Position numbers and translations under genes: made by a program
Shown here: one piece after another, positions 1 to 8,864 of the stretch
Layout of the letters: every line of letters starts with the position of its first letter
Position numbering within the stretch: position 1 is the first letter of the stretch
Notes under the pieces: generated by a model
Databases searched by the model: none
Told to the model about the DNA's origin: nothing
Seen by the model: only the letters and a program-made list of their open reading frames with translations
IMG/VR virus record: IMGVR_UViG_3300025276_000036
Location: 1-59,527 of that record
Direction: 5' to 3' (one strand)
Source: a virus
Lineage: Duplodnaviria; Caudoviricetes
Length of the DNA stretch: 59,527 bases

Positions 1-40
1 TATATGGGGTGTCTATATAAACGGGGGGAAGCAGAAATTA

Positions 41-234
41 CCTGCTACACACGTCTAAACCTGCTACACACGCGCCGTTGCTGACTCTTAGCCGCTACAC
101 AACCTGCTACACACCTGCTACACATTCGTAAAATGTGCTACACATTCGTAAAATGTGCTACACATTCCTGTTTTGAGGGCAAAAAGGGTGATTTGCCGAT
201 GACCACGGACCGTGGATCGTGAATGTGTAGCAGG
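41..234. repeat. Cluster of GCTACAC(A) direct repeats (7 forward, 1 inverted), including a 20-bp tandem unit; candidate replication origin or iteron region
   Basis: GCTACAC at 44, 63, 94, 106, 117, 137 and 157; inverted GAATGTGTAGCAGG at 221-234; tandem GCTACACATTCGTAAAATGT x2 plus a partial third copy. Confidence 0.8.
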
Positions 235-247
235 TTTGCGGGGATAT

Positions 248-481
248 TTAGTCTTTATTCGGGGTAAATATAGCGGGTTTCGTGAGTCGTTCATCATAGA
301 TCGCGGTCTCCGATACACGTTTCTTTATATTTGCTTCTATTTGCTCGTTTAGCGCTGTATCCGCCGTTCGCTCGTAGGTATATTTCTTCGCTAGTTCCTG
401 GGCTACGCGTCGTGCTACGTCGCTACACGCTCCGTGGTCCGCGCAGCGGGCCTCGAACCATTCCACTGTATAGTTTTTCAT
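248..481 (-). CDS. Hypothetical early protein (77 aa)
   Basis: ORF overlaps the stop of the upstream gene (ATGA); part of a tightly packed - strand array. Confidence 0.6.
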   Translation of the reverse strand: MKNYTVEWFEARCADHGACSDVARRVAQELAKKYTYERTADTALNEQIEANIKKRVSETAIYDERLTKPAIFTPNKD

Positions 482-786
482 GGGTTCTCTCTCTGTTCGT
501 GAGTCGTGAAGAAGAATGAGCTAAGCTTGCGTCCTGAAATCGTGACGCGTGCTACGTTTAGTTCGCGGGCTATGTAGTCCTCGAACGCGCGCTCCGCTTG
601 TGGGCCGTGTGCTTCTAGCCACTTGTTCCATGAAGCGTTGAGCACGAGGTACGTACCACGTTTTACTTGCGTGTAGTTGAAGCCCGTGCGTGGAGCACGA
701 GCCGTTTGGCGGACAACCCGTAGCGGGAAGTCCTTTGGTACCAAGTGATTGGAGAAGACGTTTTGGATTCGCGTTGCTAAGTTCAT
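478..786 (-). CDS. Hypothetical early protein (~102 aa)
   Basis: Start moved to MNLATR, which follows a GGAG RBS; coupled to neighbours. Confidence 0.6.
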   Translation of the reverse strand: MNLATRIQNVFSNHLVPKDFPLRVVRQTARAPRTGFNYTQVKRGTYLVLNASWNKWLEAHGPQAERAFEDYIARELNVARVTISGRKLSSFFFTTHEQRENP

Positions 787-995
787 GGTGTCTCCCCTCG
801 CTCTCGTGCGCGAGCGTCGCATTCATCTACAATGTCTTGTTGCCACGCCTCCATATGCTTGTCGAAGCGCCATTGCCACGCCCATGATATTGCGAAGGAG
901 ATAATCGCACCGGGTATGCCGTATGCGAGGGACATGGTTATCCAGAAGGCTATATCTAGTGCACCGTGGACTCTGAAGTATGGAAGGTTGTTCAT
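783..995 (-). CDS. Small membrane protein (70 aa)
   Basis: Hydrophobic segment IAFWITMSLAYGIPGAIISFAISW; GGAG RBS; ATGA coupling. Confidence 0.6.
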   Translation of the reverse strand: MNNLPYFRVHGALDIAFWITMSLAYGIPGAIISFAISWAWQWRFDKHMEAWQQDIVDECDARARERGETP

Positions 996-1231
996 GATAT
1001 GACTCCTTCTGCTTTAGCTGTCATAACGTCCACCGTGGCGGAGACGTGTGAGCTCTCCTCCAGATCATCGATGTCCCCGGCGATAGAGCCGACGAGGAAT
1101 AGTGATAGTAGGGACAGGACATCCGTTAAGCTAACTGTGCTAAATAGCATGAGGAACTTAGCTGTTTTGATGTGGCCCTTAACGTGAAGGTCAAAGGCTA
1201 TTGATGCGATGAGGTTAATATCGTTAGTCAT
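992..1231 (-). CDS. Hypothetical membrane protein (~79 aa)
   Basis: Start MTNDIN after an AGGA RBS; hydrophobic core. Confidence 0.5.
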   Translation of the reverse strand: MTNDINLIASIAFDLHVKGHIKTAKFLMLFSTVSLTDVLSLLSLFLVGSIAGDIDDLEESSHVSATVDVMTAKAEGVIS

Positions 1232-1242
1232 GGTGAAGTTCC

Positions 1243-1473
1243 TTATAGGGTTGATTTGATGTTGTAAAGAGATCGAAGATGTTCTTTGTAAGCCGCTTGG
1301 CGGCGACCGCACTCGATGTCATGTAACAGGATTACAATGCCAAAGAAGACGGAACCAATGATTCCGAAGGTATTGAGCGTGCATATTGCGAACGCTATAA
1401 GTAACCATGGTCCGGCCATTTCATATGTCGGAGTCCAGTTGTGTTGATCGAGGATCGATTTGATCTTATTCAT
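1243..1473 (-). CDS. Small membrane protein (~76 aa)
   Basis: Start MNKIKS after AAGGAG; two hydrophobic segments. Confidence 0.55.
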   Translation of the reverse strand: MNKIKSILDQHNWTPTYEMAGPWLLIAFAICTLNTFGIIGSVFFGIVILLHDIECGRRQAAYKEHLRSLYNIKSTL

Positions 1474-1633
1474 GCTCTGACTCCTTAGTAACTGCTGTGA
1501 TTGATTTAGGTGTTTCGTAAGGCGCATCGGCGTCGATACTAAAGATGCGGGGCTTACGTTCTAAGATAAAGTCGGCCTGGGATCGGAGCGGACGGTTGTG
1601 TCTGAGGTGGTCGAAGCCATCGTCGTGTTTCAT
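1466..1633 (-). CDS. Hypothetical early protein (~55 aa)
   Basis: Start MKHDDG after AGGAG; first gene of the leftward array. Confidence 0.5.
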   Translation of the reverse strand: MKHDDGFDHLRHNRPLRSQADFILERKPRIFSIDADAPYETPKSITAVTKESEHE

Positions 1634-1851
1634 GGTGTATCTCCTAGTTATGAGCGTCTTCATGATTGAAGAACACAAACACAACTGACCGTGTTTGACG
1701 TAAGGCAAAAACGATAGGGGTCCCCGAGCACTATTAGTAGAGAAGGTTCCAATAGTTCGAATCGGGGGATGGGGGGTTGTTATGCGCGAGGGGGGAGATA
1801 GTGCGTGAGAGATATAAACCAGGTATTTTCAAATCTTTTTTATTTGTAAAC

Positions 1852-1868
1852 TATTAGCATTGCTAATA
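1852..1868. promoter_or_regulatory. Palindromic operator TATTAGCATTGCTAATA (perfect copy)
   Basis: Perfect 8-1-8 palindrome; member of the genome-wide TATTAG-N5-CTAATA family. Confidence 0.75.
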
Positions 1869-1889
1869 TTAACCGTGTATCATACATCG

Positions 1890-2345
1890 ATGACCGTGAA
1901 GATCTGTTCAAGCTGCAATACTGAAAAAGAAATACCCGGCAATCGCAGCGTCTGTGACCAATGCAAAACGCGCAGGCATCAACACGCGGCGTCCGCAAAT
2001 CCGACGGCGTATCTAAAAAATATTTTTTCAAAATCTAGAAGTAGCGTGCTTCGTGGTAAGCGCACCAGGGATATCGAGTGGAAGCTCGAATTAGACGACC
2101 TCTTAGAATTGTGGACGAAACAAAATGGACGGTGCGCGATCTCCGGTATATTCCTAACGCACCACAAAGACGGGAGTGGCACCAAAGATCACAACGCGTC
2201 CATAGACAGAATAACCAATGCTCGTGACTACACCCCAGACAACATACAACTGGTCTGCTACCGCGTCAACTTGATGAAACACACGCTAACAGAAGACATG
2301 TTTTATTGGTGGGTTAAGACAATTAAGGATTTTTCTTGCGATTAA
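1890..2345 (+). CDS. HNH/endonuclease VII-like nuclease with N-terminal Zn finger
   Basis: CxxC...CxxC at the N-terminus; CAISG...ASIDRI...YTPDNIQLVCYRVNLMK His-Me-finger-like motif; lies upstream of the terminase genes. Confidence 0.7.
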   Translation: MTVKICSSCNTEKEIPGNRSVCDQCKTRRHQHAASANPTAYLKNIFSKSRSSVLRGKRTRDIEWKLELDDLLELWTKQNGRCAISGIFLTHHKDGSGTKDHNASIDRITNARDYTPDNIQLVCYRVNLMKHTLTEDMFYWWVKTIKDFSCD

Positions 2346-2387
2346 TTATTAGTAACGCTAATATACATACTATTAGTAGAACTAATT
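2336..2387 (+). promoter_or_regulatory. Sigma70-like promoter TTGCGA-N17-TAATAT with two operators
   Basis: -35 at 2336-2341, -10 at 2359-2364; operators at 2347-2363 and 2371-2387. Confidence 0.6.
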
Positions 2388-2410
2388 GCACGGCCTAAAG
2401 GAGATTAGCG

Positions 2411-2665
2411 TTGCCAGAGATAGAGTTAATAGCGGTTGAGGGTTTAAACGAAGCGATTATAGGCACCACGTTGCGTGATGACCGAGAAGTAATCGCCTAT
2501 GACTTTGGCAAAGCGGTCGAACTTGTTACGGCAAGCGGCCAAACGCACGAAGAGGCAACGCGGTTCATAGAGAACCTCTCACAAGATGTATTCGAAGGCT
2601 CACCGGCCTTCATATATATGGACAACGATCAATATGGTTTTACCAGAGAACGAGTTATCCACTGA
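2411..2665 (+). CDS. Hypothetical phage protein (84 aa)
   Basis: AAGGAG RBS, TTG start, acidic globular sequence. Confidence 0.65.
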   Translation: MPEIELIAVEGLNEAIIGTTLRDDREVIAYDFGKAVELVTASGQTHEEATRFIENLSQDVFEGSPAFIYMDNDQYGFTRERVIH

Positions 2666-3143
2666 GCTTGATGCAGAACGCGTCGATCTCCAAACGCGCC
2701 TCCCTTATATGGGCATGGTGCGTGGGGACCTGACCATGCAGCAAGAAAAGTTGGTGTTGTTAATGGTAAGTGGCATGTCAAAAGCCGCCGCAGGTCGCGG
2801 TGCGGGCTACGCGTCCCCCGAAACGGCCAGAGCAGCCGCAAATTTACCCCTAGTTCAGAAAGCATTGGCGTATTACCGCGAAGAAATGCGTGAAGAAGTG
2901 AAATTCACCATTAATAACGCCCACTCTATGTATATGGAAGCTTATTCAGCGTCTGACACAGCCACAGAAATGAAAAATACCACCGATTCCCTGGTCAAGC
3001 TCCACGGACTACACATCCCCGAAGAGAAAACCACGGTCAATATCCAGATCAACGGCACCAAGCAGTTAGAACGCATGACGGATGAAGACCTGCTAAAGAT
3101 CGCAGGTAAAGACGCGTCTTATTTAACCCCAACGAGTAATTAA
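2634..3143 (+). CDS. terS: Terminase small subunit
   Basis: LTxQQEK...MSKAAAGRGAGYAS HTH pattern typical of TerS; upstream of TerL. Confidence 0.75.
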   Translation: MVLPENELSTELDAERVDLQTRLPYMGMVRGDLTMQQEKLVLLMVSGMSKAAAGRGAGYASPETARAAANLPLVQKALAYYREEMREEVKFTINNAHSMYMEAYSASDTATEMKNTTDSLVKLHGLHIPEEKTTVNIQINGTKQLERMTDEDLLKIAGKDASYLTPTSN

Positions 3144-3145
3144 TC

Positions 3146-3304
3146 ATGGCTAAGACTCCTGTTAAGAAAAAACCACGCCCCGCGATCAGTGCACCGATGT
3201 CCGACAAGCGTGCTAAAGAGGCTATCGCTGCATTAAAGCTGCAAGCTAAATCTAAAGCGAAACCAACCAAGAAAGCAAAACCAACCAAGAAAAAGGCGTA
3301 CTGA
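3146..3304 (+). CDS. Small Lys/Ala/Pro-rich basic protein (52 aa; not in the ORF track)
   Basis: MAKTPVKKKPRPAISAPMSDKRAKEAIAALKLQAKSKAKPTKKAKPTKKKAY; fills the gap exactly; TGATG coupling to the next gene. Confidence 0.7.
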   Translation: MAKTPVKKKPRPAISAPMSDKRAKEAIAALKLQAKSKAKPTKKAKPTKKKAY

Positions 3305-3501
3305 TGGATTGTTGGACGTGCAAAACACCGCTTCTCTGGGGCGGTGACCACGACTTAGAAGAAGATGAGTGTGAGGAATTTTGCATGGTCTCCAATTTCT
3401 GTTGCCCGAACTGCGAAGCGCACGTTGAGTTTTATGTACCGCGAGACGGGCACACGGATTTCGACTCGTGCATCGACCCCCACCCACTCAATTTAGGTTG
3501 A
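3304..3501 (+). CDS. Small Zn-ribbon protein (65 aa)
   Basis: CWTC...CPNC motifs; translational coupling. Confidence 0.65.
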   Translation: MDCWTCKTPLLWGGDHDLEEDECEEFCMVSNFCCPNCEAHVEFYVPRDGHTDFDSCIDPHPLNLG

Positions 3502-3504
3502 CAC

Positions 3505-5145
3505 TTGGAAAAAATAGAATGCATACGATGCAAAGCTAGCCACCCCGAGACATTGTACTCGGGCGATGACGGCATCTGTGTCTATTGCAAAGCGGACGCA
3601 ACAGAGGCTCATATAGAAGCTACTGTTAAAGCGCCAGAGGAAGCTGAAAAAGACCGCAGTGTCGAAGAGAAGGCGCGCGCGGAACTTGCTCTACGGTTCC
3701 TGACCCGCAAACGTTTGTTACCTTTTGTTGAGCGGTTTAACCCTGACTACCAAGCCGGGTGGGTCCATAAAGATATATGTCAGCGACTTGAGCAATTCTC
3801 CCAAGACGTAGCCGATAAGAAGTCACCTCGACTCATGCTCTTCATGCCACCGCGACACGGTAAGAGCACACTCGCCTCCATAGGCTTTCCGGCGTGGCAC
3901 TTGGGTAGACACCCAGAACATGAATTTATTAGTTGTAGTTACTCCGGCTCCCTAGCCATGGCGTTCTCAAGAAAGGTCCGTGGACTACTTCGTGAAGAGG
4001 GCTACAAGTCTGCCTTTAAAACGCGCCTTGATGCGAACAGCCAGTCAGCCGAAGCGTGGCTCACGACAGCCGGTGGTGGTTACGTGGCCGCAGGTGTTGG
4101 CGGCGGTATCACAGGTAAAGGCGCACACATATTAGTGATCGATGACCCTGTTAAAAACAGAGATGATGCAGAGTCCTCTAACGCCCGCGAGTCCACTAAA
4201 GATTGGTACACCTCCACAGCCTATACACGACTCGCGCCTGGTGGTGGCATCCTTATTATTCTTACCCGTTGGCACGATGATGATCTGGCCGGTTGGTTAT
4301 TGAAAGCAGCCTCCGACAAAGGAGAGCAGTGGGAAGTGGTCAACTACCCTGCGCGCGCGGAAGTTGACGAGCAGTTCAGAAAGCAGGGAGAGCCGCTCCA
4401 TAAAGAACGCTACAACGAGGACGCCCTAGCTCGTATTGAACGAGCGGTCGGCCCCAGAGACTGGTCAGCACTGTACCAACAGAATCCAGTAGCTGATGAC
4501 GGTGACTACTTCACCCGAGACATGATTAATTACTACCACCCCGATGACATTGACCACGACCGTATGAAGTTCTATTGCGCGTGGGATTTGGCCATTGGTA
4601 AGAACGACAGAAACGACTACACCGTCGGCATTGTTGTAGGCGTAGACCAAGACGATCAGTTGTACATTGTGGATCTAGTACGCGGTCGCTTTAACGGTTT
4701 CGAAATCGTAGAGCAGATACTTGATCTGTATGAGATGTGGAAGCCCCAGATGATCGGGATTGAGAAAGGCCACATTGAGATGGCCCTTGGACCGTTTCTT
4801 GAGAAACGTATCCGAGAGCGCGGTCTGTACGAAGCGTATATCAAGGACCTTAAAGCGGGAAGACGTGACAAAGAAGCACGCGCACGCGCCATTCAAGGCC
4901 GGATGCAACAAGGCATGGTCTTTGTCCCTAAAGACGAGGACTTCTCGGGTCCATTAGTCGCAGAACTATTACGCTTCCCCAACGGAGTCCATGACGACCA
5001 AGTCGATGCGCTCGCGTGGATCGGTTTAATGATGAGCGAATTCGCAGTACATATTGAGCAGTACGAACATATACCTACGTGGCGCGACCGCCTCCCAAGC
5101 CTTCTATCCAAGGGCAACAAACCTAAATCTGCAATGGGCGCATGA
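3505..5145 (+). CDS. terL: Terminase large subunit
   Basis: Walker A MPPRHGKS, GITGKGAHILVIDDP Walker B region, TRWHDDD, RNase H-like WDLA and FPNGVHDDQVDA. Confidence 0.97.
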   Translation: MEKIECIRCKASHPETLYSGDDGICVYCKADATEAHIEATVKAPEEAEKDRSVEEKARAELALRFLTRKRLLPFVERFNPDYQAGWVHKDICQRLEQFSQDVADKKSPRLMLFMPPRHGKSTLASIGFPAWHLGRHPEHEFISCSYSGSLAMAFSRKVRGLLREEGYKSAFKTRLDANSQSAEAWLTTAGGGYVAAGVGGGITGKGAHILVIDDPVKNRDDAESSNARESTKDWYTSTAYTRLAPGGGILIILTRWHDDDLAGWLLKAASDKGEQWEVVNYPARAEVDEQFRKQGEPLHKERYNEDALARIERAVGPRDWSALYQQNPVADDGDYFTRDMINYYHPDDIDHDRMKFYCAWDLAIGKNDRNDYTVGIVVGVDQDDQLYIVDLVRGRFNGFEIVEQILDLYEMWKPQMIGIEKGHIEMALGPFLEKRIRERGLYEAYIKDLKAGRRDKEARARAIQGRMQQGMVFVPKDEDFSGPLVAELLRFPNGVHDDQVDALAWIGLMMSEFAVHIEQYEHIPTWRDRLPSLLSKGNKPKSAMGA

Positions 5146-7316
5146 CAATGATTAAACAAGCAAAGCTATCACCTGCAAAAGAAGAAGAGATAACGCGCAC
5201 CCAATGGGAGCGGTATACACGCGCACGCGACCATGGCCATTTAGAATATGTTGAGATGGCGAAAACGTGTGACGCATATTATCAGGGCGATCAATGGGAT
5301 GCTGCGACAGCGGCAGAGCTAGAGGCAGAAGGCCGCCCCGCCCTAACGATTAATACTATATTGCCCACGGTCAACACTATTATGGGCGAGCAGTCTCAAC
5401 GCCGTGCAGATATCCAATTCAAACCGCGTCGAGCAGGGTCAGAGGAAGTCGCACACACTCTGACAAAACTGTACTTGCAGATTGCTGATAACAACAAATT
5501 AGACTGGGTTGAGCAGCAAGTGTTCTCGGACGGTTTAATAATGGACGGTAGGGGCTATTTTGACGTGCGTATGGACTTTACTGACCACGTTGAAGGCGAA
5601 GTAAGGATAACGTCCAAAGACCCGTTAGACATCATTATAGACCCAGATGCGAAAGAAGCTGATCCGAAGACGTGGGACGAAGTGTTTGAATCGAAATGGA
5701 TGACACTCGGATCAATCGAAGAAACCTACGGAAAAGACAAAGCGGATCGACTATTAGAGATTGCTGAGAACGGCATGTGCTACGGCGCTGATTCTGTTGA
5801 ATATGAAGAGACACGCTTTGGTGACGATGATGCTATGCAGATGGGCACGTTCGAAACGGTAATGGGTGACGACGAATATCGACAAGTCAAATGTCTCCGC
5901 GTTATAGAACGACAACACAAAAAGATAGCAAGAGCGATGTTCTTCGTAGACCCCGATACAGGCGATCAGAGACAGTCACCTGACGAGTGGAATGAAGCGA
6001 AGTCCAGAAAGTTTGCCAAGAAGTGGAACCTTACCCTAGTCAAGAAGGTCATTAAAAAAGTCCGATGGACAGTAACGTGTGACCAAGTCGTGCTCCACGA
6101 TGCGTGGTCTCCTTATAACGATTTTACTATCGTACCCTTCTTCTGTTATTTCCGACGAGGGAACCCCTTCGGCATTATCCGTAACTTGTTATCGCCACAA
6201 GAACAGCTTAATAAGATCGCGTCTCAAGAACTCCACATTGTCAACAGTACAGCTAACAGTGGATGGATCGTAGAAACTGGCGCGCTCGTTGGGATGACAG
6301 CAGATGACTTATCCGAGCACGGTGCAGAAACAGGACTAGTCCTAGAGCATGCTCGTGGAACTAAAGAACCAACGAAGATCCAACCGAATCAGATCCCTAC
6401 TGGGTTAGATAGAATCGCGCAGAAAGCCGCACAGAATATCAAGACGATATCAGGTATTAATGACTCTATGCTTGGTACAGATAGCGCAGAAGTATCGGGT
6501 ATCGCGATCCAAGCAAAGCAGAACCGTGGTGCGATCATGATCCAAGTACCTTTGGATAACCTGCGTAAGTCTCGACAGTACCTTGCAGAGAAAATTCTTA
6601 ACCTTGTACAGACGTTTTATACAGAAGAGCGCGTCATAAAAGTCACTAACGAGGAAGACCCACTAGAGCCTCGTGAAGACATGATCGTTAATGAAACGAC
6701 AGCGGCGGGAGAGGTCATAAACAACCTTACCCTTGGTGAGTATGACGTGATTGTCGGTACAGCTCCCGCGCGCGATAGCTTCGATGAGATCCAATTTGCC
6801 GAGGCAGTCAACCTTCGCACAGCCGGAGTAGCTATACCTGACGATGCCATTGTCGGTTATAGCCACCTTGCTAAAAAGGCAGAGCTAGCGAAACGCCTAA
6901 GAGTCCGTAATGGAGAAGAGCCACCGACGCCAGAGCAACAAGAAGCTATGGCACAGCAACAGCAGGTGCAAATGCGAATGCTTGAGCTTGAGATCGAGAA
7001 GCTAGAAGCGGAAAACAGAAAGATCCAATCAGAAGCCGCCTTAAATATCGCCAAAGTACAAGACTTGGTTGAGGTAGCACCCGCGATTCGTGAACAAGAG
7101 ATGGCGACTAAGAAGCAGATAAGCGACGACTCGTTAGACCTGCGCCGCGAACTGGGCGACAAGTCTAGTCAGAGCAAGACCGAGGCTCTACAGACAAACT
7201 CGGCAACGAAGCTCGCTACCACTGCGTTCTCAGCTACAAAGCAACAGGATCACCAAACACACAATCAACACACTAAACCGCACGATAACCCCAGGAACGA
7301 TAGGAGTTCTAAATGA
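5142..7316 (+). CDS. Portal protein (P22/N4-like podovirus type)
   Basis: YYQGDQW...GRPALTIN motif, SGIAIQ motif, C-terminal Q/E-rich coiled coil, 724 aa, follows TerL. Confidence 0.92.
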   Translation: MTMIKQAKLSPAKEEEITRTQWERYTRARDHGHLEYVEMAKTCDAYYQGDQWDAATAAELEAEGRPALTINTILPTVNTIMGEQSQRRADIQFKPRRAGSEEVAHTLTKLYLQIADNNKLDWVEQQVFSDGLIMDGRGYFDVRMDFTDHVEGEVRITSKDPLDIIIDPDAKEADPKTWDEVFESKWMTLGSIEETYGKDKADRLLEIAENGMCYGADSVEYEETRFGDDDAMQMGTFETVMGDDEYRQVKCLRVIERQHKKIARAMFFVDPDTGDQRQSPDEWNEAKSRKFAKKWNLTLVKKVIKKVRWTVTCDQVVLHDAWSPYNDFTIVPFFCYFRRGNPFGIIRNLLSPQEQLNKIASQELHIVNSTANSGWIVETGALVGMTADDLSEHGAETGLVLEHARGTKEPTKIQPNQIPTGLDRIAQKAAQNIKTISGINDSMLGTDSAEVSGIAIQAKQNRGAIMIQVPLDNLRKSRQYLAEKILNLVQTFYTEERVIKVTNEEDPLEPREDMIVNETTAAGEVINNLTLGEYDVIVGTAPARDSFDEIQFAEAVNLRTAGVAIPDDAIVGYSHLAKKAELAKRLRVRNGEEPPTPEQQEAMAQQQQVQMRMLELEIEKLEAENRKIQSEAALNIAKVQDLVEVAPAIREQEMATKKQISDDSLDLRRELGDKSSQSKTEALQTNSATKLATTAFSATKQQDHQTHNQHTKPHDNPRNDRSSK

Positions 7317-8308
7317 GTAATGAAGATATGCAATTCGATGTAATGCCCGGCGCTGACCAACGCGAAGATGACCAGGATACATTAGACCTTAGTTTTGACG
7401 AAATCATGGCAGCTAGTACTGAGGAGCAAACAGAGGAAGTAGAGGAAGTAGAAGTACTGGCGGCAAAAGAAGACGAGGACACAAGCGATGAAACTGACAG
7501 CGATACAGACACACCAGAAGCAACAGAAGAAAGTACTGAGGACACAGATGATGAGCAAGATGTGGTTGCGGAAGAGCCTGTTCCCGAGCGAAAACAAAAT
7601 AAAAGCCCGATGGTCCCGAAGGCTCGACTCGATGAAGTCTTGGCTAAACAAAAAGCCTTACAAAAACAACTCGACGACGTAACAGCATCTAACGTTAAGT
7701 CAGAAGAAGCTCCTGATGCCTATGATTTTGACTCAAAGGAAGTCGAATATCAGAACATGGTATTAGATGGCGAGACTGATAAAGCCGTCGCCCTACGCCG
7801 AGAAATCCGTAAAGCAGAACGTGCGGAACTAGAGTTTGAGATGCGACAAGAGATGTCACAAACAGTAAATGAAAACCATGCGATGACTGCTTTGCAAGAA
7901 GCGGCAACCGCGATGGAAGAAGCTTATCCTGTATTTGACAACACGTCCGAGCAGTTTAACGAAGAGTACACCGGCGAGGTTGTAGAGCTTCGAGACGCGT
8001 TTATCATGAAAGGTTACGGCGCAGTCGATGCCCTATCAAAGGCTGTTAAGTATGTCGTAAAAGATCGCGAGCTTGATGGAGTCGCTGAGACGGAAACGTC
8101 AAGTCTTTTAAAGACCGATGAGCTATTAAAAAAGAGAGCCACGGTTAGCGCAAAGCTTAAGGCAGCAGAGTCTCAACCCCCCGAACTTCCTGGCGAAAGC
8201 GCGGCACGGGCCGGAGAGCATGGCCAAAAAGTCTCGGATATGACAGAAGATGAATTCAACGCGCTTCCGCAAAAAACACTCGCACGACTAAGAGGAGATA
8301 TACTCTAA
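7313..8308 (+). CDS. Capsid scaffolding protein
   Basis: Highly acidic, MVPKARLDEV motif, coiled coils, C-terminal MTEDEFNALP; between portal and capsid genes. Confidence 0.8.
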   Translation: MSNEDMQFDVMPGADQREDDQDTLDLSFDEIMAASTEEQTEEVEEVEVLAAKEDEDTSDETDSDTDTPEATEESTEDTDDEQDVVAEEPVPERKQNKSPMVPKARLDEVLAKQKALQKQLDDVTASNVKSEEAPDAYDFDSKEVEYQNMVLDGETDKAVALRREIRKAERAELEFEMRQEMSQTVNENHAMTALQEAATAMEEAYPVFDNTSEQFNEEYTGEVVELRDAFIMKGYGAVDALSKAVKYVVKDRELDGVAETETSSLLKTDELLKKRATVSAKLKAAESQPPELPGESAARAGEHGQKVSDMTEDEFNALPQKTLARLRGDIL

Positions 8309-8592
8309 TGGCCAAAGATCCACGACTAACCCGAGCAGGAGTTTCGGGTTTTAACAAGCCGAAAGGAACGCCTAGCCACGCCACGAAGTCCCACATTGTC
8401 GTGGCGAAAGAAGGCGAGAAGGTCAAGACGATCCGTTTTGGTGAGAAAGGCGCATCCACTGCGGGCAAACCTAAAGCGGGCGAGTCAGACAAAATGAAGG
8501 CGAAGCGTAAGAGTTTTAAAGCGCGACACGGTGCGAATATAAAGAAAGGAAAGATGTCTGCGGCATACTGGGCAGACAAAGTGAAATGGTAA
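8308..8592 (+). CDS. Small basic phage protein (94 aa)
   Basis: K-rich; KTIRFG...KRKSFKARH...SAAYWADKVKW resembles a family common in aquatic phages. Confidence 0.75.
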   Translation: MAKDPRLTRAGVSGFNKPKGTPSHATKSHIVVAKEGEKVKTIRFGEKGASTAGKPKAGESDKMKAKRKSFKARHGANIKKGKMSAAYWADKVKW

Positions 8593-8603
8593 AGAAATTA
8601 GGA

Positions 8604-8640
8604 TATTAGTGTTGCTATATTATATTAGTGATGCTAATAT
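8604..8640 (+). promoter_or_regulatory. Capsid-gene promoter TTGCTA-N17-TAATAT overlapped by operators
   Basis: -35 at 8612-8617, -10 at 8635-8640; operators at 8604-8620 (partial) and 8623-8639; another at 8811-8827. Confidence 0.6.
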
Positions 8641-8646
8641 TCTAAA

Positions 8647-8810
8647 TACGTTACCTCTGCGATAAGAGGTCGGCCCGTAGCCGTTAAAACCGTACCCTCG
8701 CCTGTATAGGCGTTAAACCTGCCGAGGTCGACCCTCGTTAATCAACGCTAAGCGTTCTTCTACACGATAGTAGAAAAACGGATTAGCCGCCCCGTAAAGA
8801 CGGCTACTTA
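8647..8810 (+). ncRNA. Candidate structured 5' leader RNA of the capsid gene
   Basis: Several hairpins (ACCTCT/AGAGGT, CGCCT/AGGCG, TTCTAC/GTAGAA, TAGCCG/CGGCTA) with a recurrent CGWWA motif. Confidence 0.5.
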
Positions 8811-8864
8811 TATTAGTAACACTAATGTTGCTAGTTAATTATCCACTTCATAAGGGTTTATAAA

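Noticed and set aside
41-234. CRISPR array
   Set aside because: Repeats are only 7-20 bp with irregular, short or identical spacers, and no cas operon is present
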